Of a stretch of DNA of 64,000 bases, positions 23,910-37,200 are shown piece by piece. This stretch comes from Schmidtea nova (taxonomy: Eukaryota). Below the pieces are notes generated by a model. The model had not been told where the DNA came from and ran no database searches. It saw only the letters and a program-made list of their open reading frames with translations. The stretch lies in the NCBI GenBank assembly GCA_044892505.1, contig CM097883.1, positions 282,782,001-282,846,000 of the forward strand. The letters are read 5' to 3'. The position numbers and the translations under genes were made by a program. Each line of letters begins with the position of its first letter. The first letter of the stretch is position 1.

Positions 23910-24790
23910 TAGCAGTAGGTGGTCGATCTCTCTAACTTCCTCTTTAGATTTGATTTTTAGGTGTTTGTCTCTAATGAGAATAGCTTCTTTAAGTCGTTTA
24001 TTCATCGTTTTCGCTGTTAATATTCTCTCTAATATTAAAGTTTCTTTATTATTTGTCTGTCATTGGTCAAGATTTCTATATACAGATGACTTTCAACATG
24101 GATGAATTTGTTCTTTATTTTCTGATGCAAATTGCGAAAGGTGCTTTTTATATAAATTTCTTCGCATTTATTACACATGATGGTATATACTATGTTCTTG
24201 TGAAAACATACTTTCTTTGGTATCTGGTAATTTTCCGTCTTACATGTATTTCATTTTCGCAGGTTTTTAGCCAGGGCTCGCCTTAATGTCTTAGATCTAT
24301 GTACCAAACGAATTGGAAGACCAGTGAGATTAAGTTCTTTTATTATCATAAAATTCATCCAGTCATTGATGAAAGGAATTCGAAGGTAGAAATATTTTTC
24401 GTTTTGTAAGTCTTTCTGCCTTCTAAGGTTGAATTTTATTTTTCTAATGTCGTTACTATATCCATCAAGATGCATGACTTTGGTAAATATTGTTTGTTGT
24501 GCTGAATTGTCATCTTCTTTTGTGCATCGATTAGTTATCTTTTTTCTCTCATTTTTAATGACGTTTACTTTCTTTAGGCGAGGAAGTGCTGATCTTTGGT
24601 GCATAAATATTTCTATGCGGACTGATTTTTTGTAGAATTCATATGTTAATGTAATTGAGTTTATTTAACATAAATTTAAATCAATTATATAATTGGAATC
24701 TAACATGATTTTATGTTTGAATATCGATTCCAAGGTAGAAACGGATTTCTTAAACCAAAGGAAGAAATGACGATTATGCCAACGACACAA
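23910..24790 (-). mobile_element. Penelope-like retroelement 3' fragment (RT thumb plus GIY-YIG)
   Basis: YEFYKKSVRIEIFMHQRSALP...YLRIPFI...CFHKNIVYTIMCNKCEEIYIKSTFRNL...KEAILI. Confidence 0.8.
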
Positions 24791-25429
24791 TGATTAACAA
24801 CCTAGGATGATATAATAGTATATATTACTACATTAATATTATATACCTCAACGATTATGGTATAAGTTGAGTAAGGTCATTTCTATATGCTGATTAAAGG
24901 TTAATATTGCTATCACATTGTACAAAATCCTGGTATTTGGTGATTAAGACAATAATTGCCATGTAAGACCGTATATAACTCAACTAGATTTGCAATTAAT
25001 GTGTTAAGAGATCGATTCATTTATATGGAGTATCCGTTAAGAACGTCCCAAAAATAAGCATTTTTACTCCCTCCTTTCTTTCTATATCAATTATCAAAAA
25101 CACCCGGGAATTCCATAGAAAATAGACATCCCTTATTTTTAGAAGAAATTTAGAACATAGCATTTATAGGTTTGCAGACTTCATTGGATATAATATTGTT
25201 TAGGCCGAAGGTGCCCAAAAATCATAGAATGCTTGGCCCAAAATTTTCGATTGCGAAAAATTCTAGCTGCAAAACAATTTAATCCAATTCAATCCACGAA
25301 TTAACGGGCTTTTACCTATGGTCGTTATAAATATCCAGAAAAATTAGTTCTTTTAATAAATTTGTTTTTATGAAAAAACAATTTCAATTCAAATTCGTTT
25401 AAATGTAAAGTTTGGTGTGTAATGTTTTC

Positions 25430-27970
25430 AGACTACAGATGTTAGATTCATTAAACGGATAAATGTACTTTAGCACCATTGATCTGGGAAGCGCGTATTA
25501 TCAGGTTGAATTGACAACAAATTCACAAGTGAAAACTGCGTACTCAACAAGATCAGGACAGTTTTGTTTAAATAGTATGTCATTCAGAATTGCGGTGGCT
25601 CCAGCTACATTCCAAAATTTAATGAATATTGTTTAAGGAAAATTATTATGGAAAATTGCGATAGTATATTTAGATGATATTTTAATATTCTCAAAAGACA
25701 AAGAAGATCATATAACATGAATAAATGTAATATTAGAAAAATAAAAGAGACAGGTTTAAAAAATATCTTGAAAAATGTAAATTTTGGTGTAGGAGACTAA
25801 ATTTCTTGGGCACATTATAAATGGTGAAGGTGTTAAAGTTGAAGCTAAAATCGAAGCAATAAATGGGTTTCAAAGACCGAAATGTTTAAAACAATTAAGG
25901 AGTTTCTTAATTAGGAGTTTCTTAGGATTGTGTAATTATTATGTAATTATTGCAGAAAATTTATTAAGAATTTATAAAAAATTTATAAAAAATTTATAAA
26001 AAATTTATAAAAAATTATTGCAGAAAATTTATAAAGAATTATTCAAAATTTGCACGAATATTAGAATCATGTGTGGAAACAAAAAAGACAAATTAGTTTG
26101 GTCACAAGATTGCGAAGAAAGTTTTGAGGAATTAAAGAAAGCATTAGCAACTACACCTGTACTAATATAACTTGATTACAAGAAAGAATTTTTTCTGGAT
26201 ACGGATGCTAGTTTTGACACCATACGAGCTGTTCTGTCACAGATTGATGATTTAGGTAATGAACGTGTTATTGCCTATGTTTCACATACGATGAATAAAC
26301 ATGAAATATGATACTGTATCACAAGAAAGGAACTTCTAGCAATTTATTACTTTGCACAGCATTTTAAGCATTATCTTTACGGTAAACGATTCCAGCTAAG
26401 AACGGACTCCAAGTCAATAACATTTATTATGACAACTACAAAACCTATAACAGCACAATTTCAAACATGGATAAACTTCTTGAGTAGTTTAGATATGGAT
26501 ATTAAATATCGAAAATGAATTGACCATTCGAACGCTGATGCGTTATCGAGAGATAAATGTGGAAGATGTACACATTGTATGGAAATCTATGACGATTCAA
26601 AAACAGAAAAAGTAAAAACCAGATTGTTGGCAATGACAGCTACTAAACAAGGATTTCAATTGCAAAAAGGTAATAAAGAGATAGAACATATGAGAAAAAC
26701 AATTAATGAGACAACAAGATTTAAAATTGACGAAGATATAATTTTAACAAGAGAAAATAAAATTTGGATTCCAAAAGAAAAGAGAATAGAATTTGTGCAA
26801 GGCATGCACAAAATGTTGTGTCTCGCTGGATGTAAGATAGTAATAGATTATATTAAAATTAATTACGATATGGAAGAATTAAATACAATCGCGACTCAAT
26901 ATATGCAAATTTGTGAAATATGTCAGAAAAGAAAAACTTTGACAACAAAGAAAGAAATAGTTGTAAAAACAGAAGTTGTGGAACCTTTTGAAGTTATAGC
27001 GATAGATTTTTGTGGACCTTTACAGACGAAAATTTATGGAAAGAAATATATTTTGGATATTATTGACATGTGTAGTCGATACATTTCGTTAACAGCAGTT
27101 GCAAAGCAAGATGAAAAAACTTCAACGGATACTTTTATGAAATTCTGGATGTTAAAATATGGGGCACCTAGAATTATTCTATTTGATTGTTGCAAAATAT
27201 TTGAGTCTAACTTGATAAAAGACTTGAAAAAGAATCACAATATACAGATACAATTTTCATCATAATACTAATGGTTTGATTGCAAGACAATTTCGAACAA
27301 TACGAGATTTTATCAGTACATCCATAAATGACAAACTTAAGAGGACTTGGGTTGAAGTGTTACCTGAAATCGAGTTTACTTTAAATGCAACTATTCAAAG
27401 CACAATTCAAAAAAGCCCCTCAGAAGGAGTATTTGGCTTCCGGATATCTAAAGAATGAAACAATAATAATAGGAGATACAACGATAGAAGTAAAATAGTG
27501 GAAGAAGTACTATCAAAACAAAGAAATTTAAATTATAAAAATGAGAACCGGATACATCGAGAATTTGATATAAATGAAGAAGTTATAGTTAAAGTAGATA
27601 TGAGAAAAACGAGGAAGACCGATATATAGGACCTTTTACCGTTGTTAGAAAGATGCATGCGAATAGCTATGAATTACGTGACAGAGATTGAAAAATGATG
27701 GTTCGCAACGTGAAATGGCTAAAGACTTTTAAACAAGGGGATATTAGGGATATTTAAATAACTAAATTACAAATAACATATATTGTATTATAAGCAATCA
27801 ATATTATTATATAGTAAAAGTATTATAAGTATACATGCTGGCACGCATAATTGTCATTATTATTTCATTGATTAATTCGCCATTTTAAATCGTTGTTCGA
27901 ATAAGACAAATTATTACGCAATCAGTTTTATTTGAATATAATTTAATAGGAATTAGCCTTCAATTATTAA
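25430..27970 (+). mobile_element. Decayed Ty3/Gypsy pol (RT-RNaseH-IN) with PPT and probable 3' LTR
   Basis: TIDLGSAYYQV, VYLDDILIFS, DTDAS, RKELLAI, AIDFCGPL; PPT AAACAAGGGGA at about 27730. Confidence 0.9.
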
Positions 27971-28141
27971 CAACTGACATATTATTTTCAGAAAAAAAAT
28001 AATTTTGTTTTTTTTTCGCTTGTGTGTTTACGGTGTGTTTATATTGTTGTTTTTTATTACAATTTAAGTTAAATTGAAAATCAATTTTTATTTTCTGAAA
28101 ATAAAATGTAACAATATATTTTTTTTAATATTTTAAGCACA

Positions 28142-28211
28142 ATGGTAATGGCCACACAAAAAAAAGAAACTGCCCGCATGTGGCCAAATGGATATACTTT
28201 GGACACTACAG
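28142..28211 (+). CDS. Caspase putative exon 1 (MVMATQKKETARMWPNGYTLDTT G)
   Basis: Phase-1 donor G|GTTTAG joins exon 2; an upstream acceptor at 28137 suggests a further 5' exon; lies inside the putative ISL2EU-like element. Confidence 0.5.
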
Positions 28212-31200
28212 GTTTAGGTTATAATTTAGTAAAAAATGTCCGAATTTAGAAATAAACATTTTTTTTCAGAACAAAATTATATATAAATACAAAACATATC
28301 TTTTATTTGTTAATTACTGCAGTCAGTTTCTAAAAGTTATTCGTTATCCAATGAAGATAACTCTTCCTTAATAGAATTGAGAAAATAGTATTCAGATAAT
28401 AGGAGTGTTAAGTTTTACATAAATCTCTAACATAAAATATTGCTAAAATATTAAATAGGAAATGCGTGGTAATTTGATTTTCTTGCCAATGATAAGTCAA
28501 ATAATAGTCTAAAATTTTATATTCGGATTTTAATGAAAATATAAATTTTAACTAAAGTTGCTGTTGGATATCTCCTAAGCACTTGGACCCCTTTTATATT
28601 ATCCCCTTTGTGTAGACTCCCCCATCTTTTTTAAGGACGTCCTTAATGGATGTTCCCTATTGTGAGTATAATCAGATCATTTGTTATATCTAATTTATCC
28701 ACTATACCTATTAATAAAAAGAAAACTAAAAATTAAAGAATTTACTTATCAATTTTATCCCAGCAATAAATAAAATGATATATTGCATTTAATTTCAGAA
28801 ATTTTAAAGTTTTTTGTTAAATTGATTTAAATTTTGTCTAGGTGTTTGTTTAATAATCGACATTTATAAGTATCAACATTATCCAAGGAAGGGATCGGAA
28901 AAAGATAGAAAAAAAATTCGCAGTGCTTTTGAAGATCTACATTTTACAATCCAAGTAATTTTTAATTCATTTTTAATAAATTAATTACAAAAAGTAAATA
29001 TTAAAGTGAATTCTTTTTGTTTCCGATCGTAAAACAATAAAATACAAAAGTTTATTCATATACAAAGCTTTGTTTTACTTGATTAGGTGAATGAAATAGA
29101 AAATGTTATTAATTATTGAAATGATAACTGTTCATGTAAATTAAGCTTTTGAGACCAGAACTTCAGCTTCATTTGCCGTTCCGATTTTATCATATTCAAG
29201 TAGAGCTTTTTGATGGACAAAATGATATGAATCTCCAAGTTTTTTGTCACACCAACATCTTTCATAAACAATAAAATTCCTGTGTTGTTTATTTTATAAA
29301 GAGTAAAACAAAATAATACGACTAATATAATTCAATAATTTTCATTATAATATTTGTAAAACTATCGATCAAAATTTTTTTGGTTGTTAGGTACACGATA
29401 TTTCGGCAGTCTTTATTAGGTTTGTATAGAAATACGTTTATGGAAATGCACATTTTATAAAGGCTTTGCAGAAATATCGTGTACCTAATAACCAAAAGAA
29501 TTTTTGATCTATTTTCTTACAAATATTAATATAAAAATTATTGAATTTAAGAATATATCAAATGTGAAACCAAAAATTTTTTAAGGCTAAAATATACATA
29601 ACACAACAAACATGGCACTAAAATAATTAAAAACAAACGCACAATATATTTCGAGAACTTATTTCTTTTCATCAGTTGCTACCCAATCTTACATCCAAAT
29701 ATAAATGAAATAAATTGATTTTCCAACAAATTAATCATAATTTTTAAATAAAATGTATATTATAAAATTCTATAAAATAGCCAAAAAATTTAAAACGATA
29801 GAATTATTTTTTAATTTAAATAAATTAATCTTAAAAAATTTAATATTTTCTTTTTTATAAAAAATATTTTTTAAAGAATATTTTATAAATATTTTCATAT
29901 TTATAAACAACAGTATGACTGAAGACGAAGCTTATAATCATCAATATTTTTTCAAACGTCATGGGAGAAATGCCACATACATCTTCTCTGTATTCGAGTT
30001 TCAGAGCGGAGTCAATTAATGGGATTTAGCGTTGTTTCCAGTCGTATCGATGTTTGTGAATATGTGAGTATGAGAGTTTTGAGTCCGTGTGTTTGCGTCA
30101 TTTTTTGCGGTTTAAGTAAATTAACTGATGTGGTTGTTGATGGTGTTTATTTTCTTCTTTTGATTTGTGTTCTATACTCGTTTAATTTTTTAAATGTCAT
30201 GGGCGAAATGTCACATACTTTTTTAACAGACTTACCGTCTTTTCTGTACTCGAGTATTAGAACATTTTCAATTGATGATTATGAACTTAGTTTTCAGTCA
30301 TACTGTTGTTTATAAATATGAAAATATTTATAAAATATTCTTAAAAAAATATTTTTTTAAAATAGAAAATATTAAATTTTTTAAGATTAATTTATTTAAA
30401 TTAAAAAATAATTCTATCGTTTTAAATTTCTTGGCTATTTTATAAAATTTTATAATATACATTTTATTTAAAAATTATGAATAATTTGTTGGAAAATCAA
30501 TTTATTTTATTTATATTTGAATGGAAGATTGAGTAGCACCTGATGAAGAGAATTAAGTTCTCAAAATATATTGTGCAAAATATATATTTGGATTGGCGTT
30601 TGTTGTTAATTATTCAAAATAATAATTAAATATAAATATATAATTAAACATTAATATTTAAATATTAAAGATTAATTAAATCAAGTTATATGATGTTTCC
30701 CCGTCAGATACAGTACCACATCGGTATTATGTAATAATTGGTCTTGGATAAATATTACATAATATTACATGGGAAATTGGCCCATTTATGTCATATTTGA
30801 CCACAGTTACATCATATTTAATCATAAGTACGTCATACTTGACATTTGACTCCAATTATCCTTTACACATCATGTCACCTTGACCTTGAGTTGATATGCG
30901 GTGGCATGCGTTCTCACTCACACACACATGGTAACTTATTATAACTTATTATGTAATATTTATCAAAGACCAATTATTACATAATACCGATGGGGGTACT
31001 GTATCTGACGGGGACACATCATACAACTCATTTACATAATCACTACACGCTTATTAACCCATTTTCACATGTACATCCCACTCTCGCTGTACCACTGGAC
31101 CACTGTACAACTGCGCACAACTACGAAGTTGATAAATTAAATGACTATAACTATTTTAAAATTCCAACTTGGGAGTTGAACCTGTGCCTCACAAATTGCA

Positions 31201-34200
31201 TTCGAGAGATCCAATCACTGAGCTACATCCGACACTTTTCATAATCAAAATTTCAATTTATATCAAATTTAATATGCAGAATCCGATTCCGTAATAAATT
31301 TTTGATTAAACGAAAATAAAAAATTATTCCAACTTGGGAATCGAACCTGCACCTCACAAATTGCATTCGAGGGCCTCAATCACTGAGCTACATTCGAAAC
31401 TATTTATAATCAAAATTTTAATATCTATTTGATTTTTGTAATCTTTACATAGGCTTAAAAATAATAATAATAATAATAATACTTGATAAAAATAATACGC
31501 AAATAAAAGACATTTAAAAAAAATTGATTTACAAAATCTTTCAAATTCTTCATGCATACCAGAGTTGGAAAAACAGTATGATATAAGTAAAGTATTTTGT
31601 GGTGATTACTTGACAACTAGTTAAAAATTATTCAAAGTCTAAATTTCCTGAACAAAGCACTTATTAGCACTATAATTAACAAAATTTGAAGCTAAAGAAT
31701 GAAAAACATTACAAATTACTTGACTTATCAAAATATTTTAAATATTTCTGTTAGTACATATTTATTTAAGAAAAAATGTTAGATCATATCAGTTGTTAAT
31801 AAATAAAATAACTGATGATCCATGGCAATCATTAATATTACAAGTTCTCAATGAAAGAAGTATACAATAATTTAATTAGAATTGTAAAAATAATACGATC
31901 GTATGAAACACAAAAATAAATTCCCAAAAAAGTGACTTAGAAAAATATTTTTAAAGGCCAATTCAAAGGGCAATGATGACGTAATAGGGGTTGAATGACA
32001 AATATGATATAATTGGGGTCAACTAGGATATAATTGGGGGTAAATATTACGTAATTGGACGAATAAGATATAATCCGGGTTAATCATGACATTGTAAGTT
32101 AGATTGTTATAAAACACTACAGAACTTATTATACGATATGGGTCAAATGCCTAATCATTACGTAACCTCTGGGGTACTGTTTCTGACTGAGACAAATATT
32201 ACTTCTAAATAACTAACAAATTCTTTTACATTTTCTATTTTCTAAAATTACCACTTTTTCTATACCAAACATTACACATTTTATTTTAAATAAAATATTC
32301 TTCCAAATTGCCAACTGCTGTTCCATTTTTGTTCCATTTTTTAAACTTTTAACTAAATTTCGAATACATCAATGTTTCATGAGATCATAATTTTTCACCC
32401 ACTATTCTGGATTCAATTACATAATGTATTATTAGTTTATTATTGAACTTTGAATTAGGTTTAGTTGTAACAAATAATATTGTCGTACGTAATTGAATAA
32501 ATACATGCTCATTTTATTTCACTATCATGTATCTGATCGCAAGATAAAAAATTAGTTTGTCTATACAACCTATATAACTGTTGAATTGATTGAACCTACA
32601 ATAATAGATCCAGGATCGAAAATGTTATCATTTTTAGTATTAGGTCATCGGATAAGTTAGTTTGAGAAAATTTCGAAAATATTTGACCTTAAAATGACAT
32701 TAAAACAATTTTTTGTAAATAGTTGACCTTAAAATAATTTTTTTGTGGAAATTAAATTTTTTGATGAATATTTTTTGACGTCATAAAAATTTTTCTTAAT
32801 TTATATTAGATGACTTGCCGATTATGGAATTTTCTTAGTTCTGTAGTCAGCACTTCACCCTGAACTTCATGGTTAAAAAATAAAAGTTCTACTATTTTTA
32901 CTTCCATCTTATGCTAGCGTCTTATTGGAATTATTTAAAATTTCAACAAAAATGAAAATAGATCGAAACAATTCTCTTATTCGTCCAATTGGAAAATATT
33001 ATCAAAATTTGATTGCTTGCGTTTTTTAAATTGTTATCAGTTTTTATCCAAATTAATGGGTCTTTAAAATGAATAATAATATAGATTAATTATTTAATGA
33101 ATGTTTTCAATCATAATAAATTTAATATTTTTCAAATTTTTTTTTTAATAATTTTTTTTTCAATAAATTTTTATTTATTCAATTTTTACATTATTTTAGT
33201 TTTATGAAAATTTAACTAAAGTTGAAATGTTTGAAGTTGCATCTAGATATTCCAAACTAGAACCAGATAAATCTGGTTCAATGCTGGTTTGTTTCATTTT
33301 AGCTCATGGTAGCAAAGATTGTATTTTTGATATTAATGAAAATAAAGTAAGCATAAGAGAATTTAGTTTAATGTTCAGTGCGAAAAATTGCAAAGCATAC
33401 AGAAATAAACCCAAATTATTTTTTATACAAGCTTGTCAAGGGGAACGATATCATGAAGGTTAGTTTATTTATTAAATAAAATCTCTCATTTATGTTCTCT
33501 CTAACTCTGATTTTACTTATATCATTATTGTCATATATATTCTCAATATACAATGCTGATTCCTTTGAAAAGTATTATTCAAAATATATTTTCAGAAAAT
33601 TATTTGAGAGATTGATTAGCATCTTTGGAATTCCAAGAAATTTACATTATGATAATTGCACTCAATTAAAATGTGATTTAATAAATAAATTTTGTTGAGT
33701 TTTTAGAAATTGGCAGTTTTGCTTGTCCTTACTATCACCAGCTAAACGGATTGATCGAAAGAGTATTTGGAACTGCAAAAAACAGAATTTATCAACTTAT
33801 AAGCAGATTTCTGTAAGTTGGGTTGAGTCATTACAATTTACGGAAATAGAAATGAGAGCATCTGTAAATAAAACTATAAAATATTCACTCCATGAAATTG
33901 TTTCTGAAATGTTACAGCGTGCCAAAATACAGAATTCAGATTTAATTAGTACAGATAAATATCTATAGAATTTGAAAGAAAAACTTGAAAATATTTATGA
34001 GAACCTTGAAACCAAGAAAATGAGTTTCAAGAATAATGTATTTAAGAAGGTAGATGAAACTATTTTCTGAACCGAAGGAAAAGGAAAACTACAACCAAGG
34101 TATGGAGACCCATGTACAGTTATTGATAAGATGTCATTTGACAAACTACATCTGAATTATAAAGAAAAAATAATCAGAAGAAATGCAAGAAGTAAAAAGT

Positions 34201-37200
34201 TTTCAGACTCAAGACAAGAAACAGAAATTTATATCGATGCTTCAATCATCAGTGCAAAAACGAAAATATCAAGTAGTTAAGTGTAGAGAATAATATGAAA
34301 GAAAAGTGTATGGAATCTCAGATTTAGTCCAAAAGAAACCAATCAGATTCCGAGAATTATTTTTGTCGAAAGAGAGACTTTGTATTTAATAATGATTATT
34401 TATAACTTGTTTAAATAATATTATAATTCGTGCAGAATTTAATTGTAAATTATTAAATATTATTTTAAAACTTTTTTAGTTCTTGTATAACACTGATAAT
34501 TTTTGACAAAATGCTAAAAGTTTATTGTAGAATCAATTTTTACATAAAATCATTTCTAGCAGTTTTAAATCGACTGAAAAAATAGATTTCGAGAATAAAT
34601 CATCTATAGAAATATAATGTCTGCATCTCGATAATAGGGAATCCAATACCGAAAGAAAAACCTTTATCGGCATTATAAAATAATTATACTGGGAAACCGA
34701 TATTAAAACCGTTTTTTAAAGAAATTATTTAGGTTTACATTTCATTAAAATTATTCATTTAAATTATTGGTTATTATTAAAAAATTTCTATTTATTTTAA
34801 ATACAACATAAATACTCAAAGAAAATAGTAATTCGTTAAAATAAAAAATAAATTAAACATGAAATAAACATAAAAATCACAATTAATTTAACAAATATTG
34901 GATTTCATCAAAAATTCGTTTTGCTTATTTTTTAATTATTTATTTCCTTTGAAGAATTCTCTAAAAAGTATACTGTCCAAAGTTTAATCATAAAATTTGC
35001 ATTGCAACTTATTCGAAATTACAATGAAACGGAAATATACTTTCGTACTTATTGTGCGAATAGTTAAAAGTAGAATATAATGTTGGCCAAGATATTTTCT
35101 CTGCACACCTTCATCTTAAAATAGGTTTATTTATTTTTTTAGATCTTTTCTGCGTTTTGGCGTTTTCTCAAGAACCATAAAAATTCTTTTCTTGAATAAT
35201 CTTTTATCTAATTTCGTCATTGAACATTCACACTTTTCTACCATTTCTCTCAAGTCACTCTCATCTTCACTGACCTCAAAATTTAAAATTTTAATTAATC
35301 AATCTTTGATTTACAATACCCAGCAGTATTTTGAGAATTTTTGATTTTGATATTCAAGAAAAATTGAAAGTTAGATTGATATATTTTTCGTGACTTTTAT
35401 TTGACTATCATCTTTAGGAGTTTTCTATATTTCCACCTTTTTTGTCGAACCCCTTTAAAGCTTATATGAACCCCTGTTCGGAAACACTGATATAGACAGC
35501 CAATTTAATAACTCCGACGCATAAAAAGTTTTATGTTGAAATTGTTATTTCTCTGTATTTTTATTTCTTACTTAATATAAATATTTTACTCATTCTTTCT
35601 CACCGAATTTTTTTTGTGGAAATATTTTTTATGACCGAAAGCCTAGATTGTTCCATTGATCGTTAGCAATTTTAGATGAGAGACAATTTGGAATAGTTTC
35701 TATTGCATAAAGCAACAGACATATAAATGGTATGGAGTAATTTTAAATTAACTGAAAGCATTGACTGAGTTTCTAATATCTATTTAACCTTTTCAATATG
35801 ATTAAATTTGAGCGTATTTTTAAGTTAATTTTAATTATATTTTACAGGTATTCCAGAAACGGGAATTAATGTGGAATCATCATCTCAATTATCGTTAACT
35901 CAAGCAAATATAATGCCATTTAAACCTCAGATTGAAGAATATGTGAAATTGGATATGATTCCCGAAGAAGCTGATTTTATTTATGGAATGGCAACCATTT
36001 CAAATTATGTTGCATATAGATCTACAAAAAAAGGATCTTGGTATATTACGGAATTATGTAAAAGAATCAAAAGCCAAGTTAAAACGTTGGTGAATTTAAA
36101 ATCATTTTAATTTTAGAATAATTTAAAATTTCACTTTAAATTGACGGTGTTGTGTTGGGGTTAAATATCATTTTTAATTTTCATTCTTCTTAGACTAACA
36201 TTTTTTCCGTTTAACTTTCATAAGTATGTTAAAATGCCATCGGTTTTTATTCGTTTTAGCCATGGTAAGGGAAATGCTTTGTACCGAAGTAATTGTTTGA
36301 TTATATAATTCATGCTAATAACACCTTAAAATACATAATTTAAAATACAAAACAGAAATATCTATAGATAACGTTTAGTAATGTATAGTAATAAAATCTA
36401 TGTATAAAAATCTAAAAAATAGTATTTCAATACCTGTTTTGTCTGTTTTAGAATTAGTTGTTAAAATAATAGTTTGTTTAAGAATTACAAACAGTAGTTA
36501 TAAAATTTCAATATTATGAATTTCATTATTGAATTTCTATTATTTAAAAAATTTATATTTTTTATAAAAACGATTAAAAGTCAAATTTCGGTTCTGAAGC
36601 CCCTTGAATAATGGAGGCCCTAGGCTGTAGCCCAGTTAGCCTTTAGGTAAATACGGCACTACACACACACATACTTGTTATTAGTAATTGTATTATAATA
36701 TTTTATGATTTTCTTTTTCATGAAATGTTATTGAGGAGAAAGTACGCTGGAGTTCTCACTAAATTTTACTATTGCATTATTAAATTCTAAAATTTTAATA
36801 AAATATTTTAAATTCCGAAATACTGGTTACAACTTTTTTTATTTTTTATAAATACTTTATTATGTACTAATACTTTGTAATTTCTGGAATTATTATATTA
36901 TTTTTAGACAACTTTTTTTATTTTTTATAAATACTTTATTATGTACTAATACTTTGTAATTTCTGGAATTATTATATTATTTTTAGACAACTTTTTTTAT
37001 TTTTTATAAATACTTTATTATGTACTAATACTTTGTAATTTCTGGAATTATTATATTATTTTTAGACAACTTTTTTTATTTTTTATAAATACTTTATTAT
37101 GTACTAATACTTTGTAATTTCTGGAATTATTATATTATTTTTAGACAACTTTTTTTATTTTTTATAAATACTTTATTATGTACTAATACTTTGTAATTTC

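Larger units (their letters stand above)
25025..28658. mobile_element. Putative ISL2EU/Harbinger-like non-autonomous element containing a nested Gypsy
   Basis: Imperfect TIRs ATGGAGTATCCGTTAAGAACGTCC / GGACGTCCTTAATGGATGTTCCCT, each flanked by AT (2-bp TSD). Confidence 0.55.
29590..30625. repeat. Inverted pair of dispersed family X (about 300-bp arms, about 330-bp spacer)
   Basis: 29645-29945 is the reverse complement of about 30275-30578; other copies at 58285-58830, 60860-60975 and 62300-62480. Confidence 0.85.

Noticed and set aside
28323-28406. Extra caspase exon (contains RYPMK in one frame)
   Set aside because: Stops in all frames and a weak donor; exons 1 and 2 join in phase without it.
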